This document shows positions 56,022 through 64,000 of a stretch of DNA of 64,000 nucleotides, one piece after another. Every line of letters starts with the position of its first letter. Positions within the stretch are counted from its first letter, which is position 1. Origin of the DNA: an uncultured Lentibacter sp. (lineage in GTDB: Bacteria; Pseudomonadota; Alphaproteobacteria; Rhodobacterales; Rhodobacteraceae); contig CANMGT010000010.1 in the NCBI GenBank assembly GCA_947497495.1, positions 9,689 to 73,688 of the forward strand, read 5' to 3'. The notes below the pieces were generated by a model. The model did not search any database, was not told the origin of the DNA, and saw nothing but the letters and a program-made list of their open reading frames with translations. Made by a program: the position numbers and the translations under genes.

Positions 56022-56990
56022 ATGGCCATCAGCGCAGAACCCCTCATTTATGCCCTCATCTTTCTCGGTGTGCTTGTGCTCGTCGAAGGCGTCTATCTTG
56101 TCGCTTTTGGCAAGTCGATCTCGCTGAACAGCCGGGTCAACCGCCGCCTCGACATGATCGAGAAAGGCAACAAGCGCGCCGAAGTGATGGACAAGCTCCG
56201 TAAGGAGATGAACCAGCACAGAGGCTCGATGGGCATCCCGCTTTACTCGCTCTTGGCGACAAAAGCCCAGAAAGCCGCCCTGGCCTTCACACCGGGCCAG
56301 CTCATCGGACTGATGGGCGCGGTCTCTGTTGTGGCCTTCATCGGCCTCACCTTCGGTACAGAAACCGATCTGCCAATCCGCATCGCCATTGCCATCGTGA
56401 TGGGCATCGGCGGCATCTACTTCTGGGTGAACTCGAAAGCCAAGAAGCGTCTCTCGATGATCGAAGAGCAGCTGCCAGACGCGGTTGAGCTGATGGTGCG
56501 CTCCTTGCGCGTCGGACACCCGTTTGCCTCAGCTGTTCAGATCGTTTCCAAAGAGATCAAAGACCCGCTCGCAAGCGAGTTTGGAATCATCGCCGATGAA
56601 AGCGCCTATGGCCGCGATGTGGGCGAAGCGCTCAAAGACATGGCCGAGCGTATCGGCCTGCAAGATTTGCGCTTCCTCGCGGTTGCCGTGAGCATTCAGC
56701 AAGTTTCGGGTGGTAACCTTGCCGAGATCCTTGATGGCCTCGCCAAAGTTATCCGCGCGCGCTTCCGCCTGTTCCGCCGCGTGAAGGCGATCACCGCTGA
56801 AGCCCAGTGGTCGGGCAAGTTCCTGTCGGCCTTCCCTGTTGTCGCGCTGATCGTGATCAACGTGGCCGACCCGCACTACTACGACGTGGTGATGGACCAT
56901 CCCTACTTCATTCCGGCCTGTATTTTTGTGGCCGCGTTCCTGACCCTCAACTTGTTTGTCATGCGTGTCTTGACCGACATTAAAGTGTAA
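56022..56990 (+). CDS. tadB: Platform protein TadB
   Basis: QLPDAVELMVRSLRVGHP, GGNLAEIL, TAEAQWS. Confidence 0.92.
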   Translation: MAISAEPLIYALIFLGVLVLVEGVYLVAFGKSISLNSRVNRRLDMIEKGNKRAEVMDKLRKEMNQHRGSMGIPLYSLLATKAQKAALAFTPGQLIGLMGAVSVVAFIGLTFGTETDLPIRIAIAIVMGIGGIYFWVNSKAKKRLSMIEEQLPDAVELMVRSLRVGHPFASAVQIVSKEIKDPLASEFGIIADESAYGRDVGEALKDMAERIGLQDLRFLAVAVSIQQVSGGNLAEILDGLAKVIRARFRLFRRVKAITAEAQWSGKFLSAFPVVALIVINVADPHYYDVVMDHPYFIPACIFVAAFLTLNLFVMRVLTDIKV

Positions 56991-57012
56991 CCCCCAAAGA
57001 AAGGCCGGAAAA

Positions 57013-57978
57013 ATGGATGAGTTAAACGACACTCTCACTGGCGCACTTGGCCCCTTCGGGATGCTGATCGCGGTGGCTCTTTTGGGGATCGTCCTCATTG
57101 GTATCGCCGTCTCGATGATGGTGGCGCAAAAGCGTGATCCGCTTGAACGCCTCAAGCACGACACCCGCCTGCCGCGCAACACCAGTGAAGTGAAGCAAAA
57201 GCTGCGCGCGTCGCAACGCAACGAAAAGCTTGAGAAGTTCGCCAACTACCTTGAGCCGCAAGACGACCAAGAGCTCGCCGGTATGAAGCTCAAGCTGATG
57301 CAGGCGGGTTACCGTGGCAAAGACGCTGTGCGCTATTTCCACTTTGCCCAGTTTGCGCTTGGCATCGGCTTGCTTGTGCTCGGGGTGATCTACTTCATCA
57401 TGTTTGTCCAAGACGACAAAACCACCATGCAGCAAACCATCATGTATATCCTCGGCCCGGGTGCCGTGGGCTATATGTTCCCCAAATACTGGGTGACGAA
57501 GCGTATGCAAACCCGTCAGGAAAGCCTAACCAATGGCTTCCCCGACGCGCTCGATATGTTGCTGGTTTGCGTTGAAGCCGGCACGTCGATGGAGCAAGCG
57601 ATCATCCGCGTTTCCGCCGAGGTGCGCCCGTCCTGTCCCGACTTGGCCGACGAGTTCGAGATCGTCGCGCATGAGATGAAAGCCGGTAAGGACAAATCGA
57701 CCGTTATGAACGACATGTCCGAGCGCTGTGGCTCTCAGGATATCTCGAGTTTTGTGACGGTGATGAACCAGAGCCAGGCCTTCGGTACGCCGATCTCGGA
57801 TGCTTTGCGTGTCTATTCTGCCGAAATGCGCGACAAACGCGTGATGCGCGCCGAAGAAGCCGCGAACAAGTTGCCAACCAAGATGACACTTGCCACAATG
57901 ATGCTCACGGTGCCGCCGCTGCTCATCATTCTTGTTGGGCCGTCCGTTCACGGCATCACACAGTTGGGCAATATGTAA
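57013..57978 (+). CDS. tadC: Platform protein TadC
   Basis: FPDALDMLLVCVEAG, FGTPISDALR, AEEAANKLPTKM. Confidence 0.92.
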   Translation: MDELNDTLTGALGPFGMLIAVALLGIVLIGIAVSMMVAQKRDPLERLKHDTRLPRNTSEVKQKLRASQRNEKLEKFANYLEPQDDQELAGMKLKLMQAGYRGKDAVRYFHFAQFALGIGLLVLGVIYFIMFVQDDKTTMQQTIMYILGPGAVGYMFPKYWVTKRMQTRQESLTNGFPDALDMLLVCVEAGTSMEQAIIRVSAEVRPSCPDLADEFEIVAHEMKAGKDKSTVMNDMSERCGSQDISSFVTVMNQSQAFGTPISDALRVYSAEMRDKRVMRAEEAANKLPTKMTLATMMLTVPPLLIILVGPSVHGITQLGNM

Positions 57979-57986
57979 GGTAACAC

Positions 57987-58580
57987 ATGCAACCTCGCCA
58001 GTTTCTCTTCCTTCTGGCAACCTCAACGCTCTTGGCCGCCTGTTCGCAAGGCGGCCTTGGCACGTCTTTTGGCCAAACTCTTGGCAAGACCAAAGACAGC
58101 CCCTTTGCCCCCGGCCCCAAGAAAAACGCCGAGGCAGTTGATGGCTTGCTTGTCGGCCACAGACTTATGGCCGCGGGCGAAAACGAGCTGGCGCTGTCGC
58201 ATTTTACCCGCGCTGCGGGCGAGCAAGGCCTCACCCCTGACGTTTTGAGCGCGCTTGGAACGGTCAATCTAGCCCTTGGCCGGCTTGGACAGGCCGAAAA
58301 CCTGTTGCGCAAAGCCGTCAAAACCGACGAGGCCATCCCCCAAACATGGAATAATCTGGGTGTTTTGCTTATGGAGCGTGGCGAATATGCCGAAGCCTCC
58401 CAAGTTTTTCAGCGGGCCTATGCACTCGACAATGGCCAAAGTGACTCAATTCGAGATAATCTACGCTTAGCGCTCGCAAAAATCGATAATTCCGGTTACA
58501 GTGACGCAGCAGAAGAAGAACAAGACTACAAATTGGTACGGCGCGGAAGCAGCGACTTCCTAATAAGATCGATACCATAA
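57987..58580 (+). CDS. TPR lipoprotein (TadD-like)
   Basis: Lipobox LAAC; TPR repeats (WNNLGVLL). Confidence 0.8.
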   Translation: MQPRQFLFLLATSTLLAACSQGGLGTSFGQTLGKTKDSPFAPGPKKNAEAVDGLLVGHRLMAAGENELALSHFTRAAGEQGLTPDVLSALGTVNLALGRLGQAENLLRKAVKTDEAIPQTWNNLGVLLMERGEYAEASQVFQRAYALDNGQSDSIRDNLRLALAKIDNSGYSDAAEEEQDYKLVRRGSSDFLIRSIP

Positions 58581-58612
58581 AGAGGCTGAGGCAGTAAAAA
58601 GGACGCAGGCAA

Positions 58613-59482
58613 ATGCGCCATTTTCAATCGATTCCACGCACGCTTACCCTGTGTGCTCTAAGCATGGCCGTTCTGGCCGGATGTGAAAAAAACGCGAATG
58701 GCGAAGTTTCCCGCGCGTTCAAAGACGTAAACGTTGTCGACGAAAGCAACCTGAGTGACATCATGCTCACCGTTGCAGACCCCAACGAAGCGGTCACTTA
58801 TTTCAAGCGCTCAACCGCCGAAAACCCTGACCGCGTTGACCTTCAACGAGGGCTTGCCAGCTCGCTTGTGCGCGCCAAACGCGCCAGTGAAGCCGTGCCT
58901 GTCTACCAGAAAGTGCTCAAGCTTGAGGGCGCCACCAACGAAGACCGCGTCGACTATGCCGATGCGCTCATTCGCGCTGGCGACTGGAAGACAGCCGAGA
59001 AAGTGCTCGACGACGTGCCGCCAACCTTTGAAACATTCAAGCGTTACCGCCTCGAAGCGATGATCGCGGACAGCAACCAGGAATGGAAGAAAGCCGACAG
59101 CTTTTACGAAACCGCCGTAGGCCTCACAACGCGGCCCTCCGGTGTTCTCAACAACTGGGGTTACTCCAAGCTCACACGCGGCGACTTTGCCGATGCCGAG
59201 CGCCTGTTCTCTGATGCGATCCGCCAGGACGACGCGCTCTTTACCGCCAAAAACAACATGGTTTTGGCCCGTGGTGCGCAGCGCAATTACAACCTGCCCG
59301 TCTTCCCGATGAGTCAGGTCGAGCGCGCGCAGCTTTTGCACACGCTTGGGCTTTCCGCCATCAAACAGGGCGACGTTGAAACGGGCAAAGGCCTCTTGCG
59401 CGAAGCCGTCAACACGCATCCGCAGCACTTTGAAGCCGCCGTGCGCAGCCTGCGCGCGCTCGAATCCAACGTGACAAACTGA
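58613..59482 (+). CDS. TPR lipoprotein (TadD-like)
   Basis: Lipobox LAGC; LNNWGYS, AKNNMVLA TPR motifs. Confidence 0.8.
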   Translation: MRHFQSIPRTLTLCALSMAVLAGCEKNANGEVSRAFKDVNVVDESNLSDIMLTVADPNEAVTYFKRSTAENPDRVDLQRGLASSLVRAKRASEAVPVYQKVLKLEGATNEDRVDYADALIRAGDWKTAEKVLDDVPPTFETFKRYRLEAMIADSNQEWKKADSFYETAVGLTTRPSGVLNNWGYSKLTRGDFADAERLFSDAIRQDDALFTAKNNMVLARGAQRNYNLPVFPMSQVERAQLLHTLGLSAIKQGDVETGKGLLREAVNTHPQHFEAAVRSLRALESNVTN

Positions 59483-59495
59483 TCAGGGCGAACCC

Positions 59496-59999
59496 ATGAT
59501 CGAGCTTGAGCAAACCGCCCTCGCGGCCCGTGTTTTCTTGCCCTTCGTGGTGCCGATCTGCCTCTGGGTTGCTTGGTCTGACTTGCGGGTGATGAAGATC
59601 CCCAACAAGGCGGTTATCGCTTTGGCAGTTGTCTTCGTACTGCTCGGCCTATTCGTGATGCCGTGGGACGCCTTCTTGTGGCGCCTTTCGCATCTCGGAA
59701 TCGTGCTGCTCGTCGGCATCGTACTCAATGCAGCGGGCGCTATGGGGGCAGGTGACGCGAAGTTCGCCGCCGCCGCCGCGCCCTTTATCGCCACGGGCGA
59801 TCTGCGCTTTCTCATGGGGCTTTATGCCGCCAACCTTCTGGCCGCCTACGCAACCCACCGTCTGGCCAAACACACGGCCCTGCGCAACCTCGCGCCAGAC
59901 TGGAAAAGTTGGGATGTCGGCAGCGACTTCCCGATGGGCCTCAGCCTCGGCGCGACACTGGCCCTCTACATCTGCTTTGGCGCTGTTTACGGCAGCTGA
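59496..59999 (+). CDS. cpaA: A24 prepilin peptidase CpaA/TadV
   Basis: WSDL...KIPN and MGAGDAK aspartyl motifs. Confidence 0.9.
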   Translation: MIELEQTALAARVFLPFVVPICLWVAWSDLRVMKIPNKAVIALAVVFVLLGLFVMPWDAFLWRLSHLGIVLLVGIVLNAAGAMGAGDAKFAAAAAPFIATGDLRFLMGLYAANLLAAYATHRLAKHTALRNLAPDWKSWDVGSDFPMGLSLGATLALYICFGAVYGS

Positions 60000-61522
60000 G
60001 GGCGGTAAACGGCCATCTGCTCATCCTGAAATACCGGCACAAGTTTGATGCCCCGCGCGGTGATTTCGCGCATCACCAGTTCCTTGAACTCGGGCCTGAT
60101 GTTGCACTCGGGCAGCACAAACAAGCTCGCGTCCTCGATGCCTGACAACCCGCCGTAATACCATGGCGCGCCGCCTTGCAGCGGTTTCAAATCTGCCAAA
60201 AGCCAGAACGGGTTGAACAGGCCCGCCGCGTAGACGCGCTCGCCGGCAAAGCCCTCTTCCTCAAGCGTTTGGGCCATTGCGCGCATATAGCCGACAGCGC
60301 CGCTCGCCAGCTTGCAATCACCATCAAGCTCGCCCAGAGGCCATTGCGCTGCGATCGTGTCAAACCGCGCCGTGACGCCGCGCAAGTCAGCGTGCTCCGG
60401 CAGCAAGGGCGAAAACGCAGACGCGGGTTGGATGACGTGGCGCAGCGGGCTGACGCCTATGTTTATGGCCACAGGCGCAATCAACGCCAAAGCTATCGCC
60501 CCGCCAAACTGCAAGGGGCGCGCGCCTGTCTCAAGCGCCAGCGCCAGTAGGACAAAGCCCCATAAAACAAGCCAGAACGGATCATTCCCGTAGTTTTGGT
60601 AACTGACATAAATCGCGCCGGGCAAGATCAGCGCCAGCACAAGCCCCGTCGGGTTGCCCGCCAGTTTTGAGCGCAGCCACAGCACGCTGCCCACGGCCAG
60701 AAGCGTGCCCGCCGCATAGGCTGGCGAGAGCACGATCTGCGCCCAGCCCCTGCCCGGTTGCGGGCGCACGTCAGAGACGGCAACAGCCAGCAAATCTGCG
60801 ATATAGCCTTGCCAGAACGCAACGCCCGAGACGAGCGTTTGCACCGCCAGAACCGCGAGGCCGACAAGCACAGAAGCGCCCAGCAGCCTGCCCTGCCCGC
60901 GCAGCAGCAGGCCCGCGATCACGGCAGGCGCGAAGGCGACAAAGTAAGTCACTTTCACCAGCGTCAGCGCCGCCATTGCCACACCGATGATCAGCGCTTC
61001 AACCCAGAAAACAGCCCCCAAAACGGGCCGCTCGGCTGGCAAGGCCACCAGCCCCAGCGGCAAAAAGACAATCGCCCAGGACCAGCGGTTGTAATGCATC
61101 GAAAGTGAAAGTTTCTCGTTGGTTCCGCCATAGACCATGCCCGCCGCTGTCAGCAAAACAACCGCGCCGAAAGCCGCCGCAAGCCACGGTGTGCGCATGC
61201 GGCTCACGCCGACATACCACACGGGCAACAACAGCACTGCCGCCAGCCCGATTTGCCCCCACTTGAGCGCCGCGCCAAGGCCTAGCCCCGCCGCTTTGAG
61301 GCCCGCAAACGGCGCCACACTCCAAAGGCCCAGAGGCGTCATGAAGTCTTGGTGAATGCCTTGCCCCGCTTCAAGCCGCAGCACAATATCCACGAGATGC
61401 AGCATATCTGTCTCGTGTTTGGCAAAGTCCAGCCCGCCCCGCAGGCCCGCGAGCACAACCAAAACGGCCAAAACCCCGAGCAAAACCACAAAAACACGCC
61501 TGCGCTGTGCTGACTGCATCAC
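59987..61522 (-). CDS. Polytopic membrane protein, candidate GT-C glycosyltransferase
   Basis: About 11 TM helices; first loop HETD..H..D...R...GQ..H.DF.TPLG; conserved-looking K.TY; periplasmic C-terminal domain. Confidence 0.6.
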   Translation of the reverse strand: MMQSAQRRRVFVVLLGVLAVLVVLAGLRGGLDFAKHETDMLHLVDIVLRLEAGQGIHQDFMTPLGLWSVAPFAGLKAAGLGLGAALKWGQIGLAAVLLLPVWYVGVSRMRTPWLAAAFGAVVLLTAAGMVYGGTNEKLSLSMHYNRWSWAIVFLPLGLVALPAERPVLGAVFWVEALIIGVAMAALTLVKVTYFVAFAPAVIAGLLLRGQGRLLGASVLVGLAVLAVQTLVSGVAFWQGYIADLLAVAVSDVRPQPGRGWAQIVLSPAYAAGTLLAVGSVLWLRSKLAGNPTGLVLALILPGAIYVSYQNYGNDPFWLVLWGFVLLALALETGARPLQFGGAIALALIAPVAINIGVSPLRHVIQPASAFSPLLPEHADLRGVTARFDTIAAQWPLGELDGDCKLASGAVGYMRAMAQTLEEEGFAGERVYAAGLFNPFWLLADLKPLQGGAPWYYGGLSGIEDASLFVLPECNIRPEFKELVMREITARGIKLVPVFQDEQMAVYRPQLP

Positions 61523-61656
61523 AACCTCTTAATTTTTCCTGCACTTTATGGGGCCATACTGCGCTTTGCGAGGATTTTGTTTGGGCCACAGCCGCAATCT
61601 GCGGTAAACTGGCTTCAAAAAAATCAGGCCCTATAAAAGAGCAGTCGAGGCAGACA

Positions 61657-62964
61657 ATGAACATGCAGCCCACAGCCGTAATGGCTCCCCCACCGCCCAA
61701 AACTCTGGAGCAGATGCAGCTGCCCATCGTTATGATGCGCGATATCGTTTTGAAAACGCTGTTTCGCAAAAACCTGACAGAAGTTGGCGAACTCGCGCAA
61801 GCTGTTTGCCTGCCCCGCCCCGTCACCCAAGAGCTGATCGACCTGGCGCGCGAGCAAAAGCTGCTCGAAGCGACAGGCACGCTCAACGCCAACTCGGGCG
61901 GCGAGATGGGCTATCAGCTGACAGATGCAGGCAAATCGCGCACGCTCGATGCGCTGTCGCAGTCCGAATACTTCGGCGCGATGCCGGTTCCGCTGGATGT
62001 CTATCGCGAGCAAGTCAAACGCCAGTCGATCCGCAATATTCAGGTGTCACGCGAGCAACTTACAAACGCCATGGGCCACCTCGTGTTGCCCGACGCGCTT
62101 CTTGGCCACCTTGGGCCAGCTGTGTCAGCGGGCCGCTCGATCCTCATGTATGGCCCGCCCGGCAACGGCAAATCCTCAATCTCGAATGGTATTCGCGACG
62201 CGATGGGCGACAAAGTCTATGTGCCCCGCGCGATTGAGTATGCCGGTCAGGTGATCACGGTCTATGATCCGATCGTTCACTCCGCCGTCGAGGAAGAAGC
62301 CGATGATCCCAACGCGCTGCGCCGTCGCAAAACCTTTGATACGCGCTATGTGAAATGCGACCGACCGACTGTTATCACCGGGGGTGAACTCACGCTCGAC
62401 ATGCTTGATCTGGTCTACAACCCGACAGCGCGCACCTACCAAGCGCCGCTGCAACTCAAGTCAACCGGCGGTATCTTCATCGTCGACGATTTGGGCCGCC
62501 AGTCAGAGCCGCCGCAGGCCCTTATCAACCGTTGGATCGTTCCGCTGGAAGAAGGCAAAGATATCCTCGCGCTGCAATCGGGCGAGAAGTTCGAAGTGCC
62601 GTTCGATACGCTGGTTATTTTCTCGACCAACTTTCACCCGAACAAGATTTTTGACCAAGCCGCGCTCCGCCGGATCTTCTTCAAAATCAAGATCGACGGG
62701 CCCAATCAGGAAAACTTCCTCAAGATATTCGCCCTCGTCGCACGTGCCAAGAAAATGCAGCTCGACGAGGCTGCTTTGGTGCATTTGCTCAAGGTCAAAT
62801 ACCCGACGATCGACAACATCTACGCGAACTACCAGCCTGTGTTCCTGATCGACCAGATGCGCGCGATTTGCGACTTTGAAGGCATCCCTTACAAGATGTC
62901 CCCTGAGCTGATCGACCGCGCATGGGCCAATATGTTTGTCAAAGACGAAGACATCGTCAACTAG
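61657..62964 (+). CDS. Uncharacterised AAA+ ATPase
   Basis: GPPGNGKS Walker A, IFIVDDLG Walker B, FSTN sensor, LRRI arginine finger; GAGG SD before ATG 61657. Confidence 0.85.
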   Translation: MNMQPTAVMAPPPPKTLEQMQLPIVMMRDIVLKTLFRKNLTEVGELAQAVCLPRPVTQELIDLAREQKLLEATGTLNANSGGEMGYQLTDAGKSRTLDALSQSEYFGAMPVPLDVYREQVKRQSIRNIQVSREQLTNAMGHLVLPDALLGHLGPAVSAGRSILMYGPPGNGKSSISNGIRDAMGDKVYVPRAIEYAGQVITVYDPIVHSAVEEEADDPNALRRRKTFDTRYVKCDRPTVITGGELTLDMLDLVYNPTARTYQAPLQLKSTGGIFIVDDLGRQSEPPQALINRWIVPLEEGKDILALQSGEKFEVPFDTLVIFSTNFHPNKIFDQAALRRIFFKIKIDGPNQENFLKIFALVARAKKMQLDEAALVHLLKVKYPTIDNIYANYQPVFLIDQMRAICDFEGIPYKMSPELIDRAWANMFVKDEDIVN

Positions 62965-62995
62965 GCAGCCGCCGCGTAACGCCTGCCAAAAAAAC

Positions 62996-63023
62996 ATATC
63001 GCTACCTCCATGGGTAGCGATAT
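62996..63023. terminator. 11-bp hairpin between convergent genes (probable bidirectional terminator)
   Basis: ATATCGCTACC-TCCATG-GGTAGCGATAT flanked by A and T runs. Confidence 0.7.
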
Positions 63024-63042
63024 TTTAATATTTATCAGCGAC

Positions 63043-63945
63043 TTAAGCCGTCAGCCCTTCAGGCTCCGCGAGCCCGTTGGCGCGGCAGCAAGCCGTCACT
63101 GTATTGGCCAGCAAACAGGCAATTGTCATCGGCCCAACGCCGCCCGGCACAGGCGTGATCGCTCCGGCGCGTGCAGCGCAGCTCTCGAAGTGAACGTCGC
63201 CCACAAGCCGCGTTTTGCCTTCACCCTTCTCGGGCGCATCAATGCGGTTGATGCCCACGTCGATAACCGTGGCCCCCTCCTTGATCCAGTCTCCCGGAAC
63301 CATCTCTGCACGGCCCACAGCGGCCACAACAATGTCAGCGCGGCGCACAACATCAGGCAAGTCCTTGGTGCGCGAATGCGCGATGGTCACGGTGCAGCTG
63401 TCGCCTAGCAAAAGCTGCGCCATCGGCTTGCCAACAATGTTGCTCCGTCCGATCACAACCGCGTCCAGCCCCGACAGGCTCCCATGATGGTCGCGCAGCA
63501 TCATCAAGCAGCCCAGCGGCGTGCAAGGCACCATGCTCTTTTGCCCCGTACCAAGCAGGCCCACATTTGAAATGTGAAAGCCGTCAACGTCCTTGGCAGG
63601 GTCAATCGAGTTGATCACCAAGTCCTCGTCCAAATGCTTGGGCAAGGGCAGCTGCACCAGAATACCGTGTATCTCGGGGTCGTTGTTGAGCTGTTCGATC
63701 AGCGCCAAAAGCTCCGCCTCGGGCGTGTCCACGTCAAGCTTGTGCTCAATCGACTTCATGCCAACTTCGACAGTCATCTTGCCTTTGGAGCGTACATAAA
63801 CCTGGCTCGCGGGGTCTTCGCCAACCAGCACAACAGCCAAGCCCGGCGTAATGCCGTTCTCTTCCTTAATCCGGGTTACGTGGCCCGCGACTTTCTCACG
63901 AACTGTCGCCGCAAAGGCTTTTCCATCAATCAAAGTCGCGCTCAT
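63043..63945 (-). CDS. folD: Bifunctional methylene-THF dehydrogenase/cyclohydrolase
   Basis: [46 protein letters not shown]. Confidence 0.97.
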   Translation of the reverse strand: MSATLIDGKAFAATVREKVAGHVTRIKEENGITPGLAVVLVGEDPASQVYVRSKGKMTVEVGMKSIEHKLDVDTPEAELLALIEQLNNDPEIHGILVQLPLPKHLDEDLVINSIDPAKDVDGFHISNVGLLGTGQKSMVPCTPLGCLMMLRDHHGSLSGLDAVVIGRSNIVGKPMAQLLLGDSCTVTIAHSRTKDLPDVVRRADIVVAAVGRAEMVPGDWIKEGATVIDVGINRIDAPEKGEGKTRLVGDVHFESCAARAGAITPVPGGVGPMTIACLLANTVTACCRANGLAEPEGLTA

Positions 63946-64000
63946 GCCAGTCTCTTTCTTATTGCTACAAATATCCTCGCCGAAGGCATGGAGCCTCGTC

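Noticed and set aside
1-64000. tRNA/rRNA genes, IS elements, prophage or defence systems
   Set aside because: No recognisable cloverleaf, transposase, integrase, phage structural or defence motifs were seen by eye; tRNAscan, Rfam and ISEScan would be needed to exclude small ones.

Overview
A GC-rich, core-chromosome-like segment with no tRNA, rRNA, CRISPR, transposase or integrase that I could recognise. Gene content and order point to an alphaproteobacterium of the Rhodobacteraceae/Roseobacter type (inference). It contains a Tad/Flp pilus system split into a pseudopilin operon (424-3127) and a core locus (49257-59999), a reductive-dehalogenase-family gene, a PleD-like cyclase, an ECF sigma/anti-sigma/metal-sensor module with an EF-hand protein, a carnitine catabolic operon, an orphan LexA-controlled imuA, mtnP/apt, tldD, the coxB-cyoE-ctaG-coxC-surf1-thrC-M16-rimJ cluster, dprA-topA, scoAB and folD. 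The best candidate for an undescribed system is a mycobacterial-type polyprenyl-phospho-D-arabinofuranose pathway (UbiA/DPPR synthase, DprE1, DprE2, flippase-like protein). It is linked through an slt-ubiA operon to the flp pilin promoter region, and a GT-C-like multi-TM protein sits at the other end of the Tad locus. Together these suggest D-arabinofuranosylation of Tad pili or another surface structure. Several small intergenic repeats and palindromes were also found. All product calls come from motif recognition by eye; no database searches were run.
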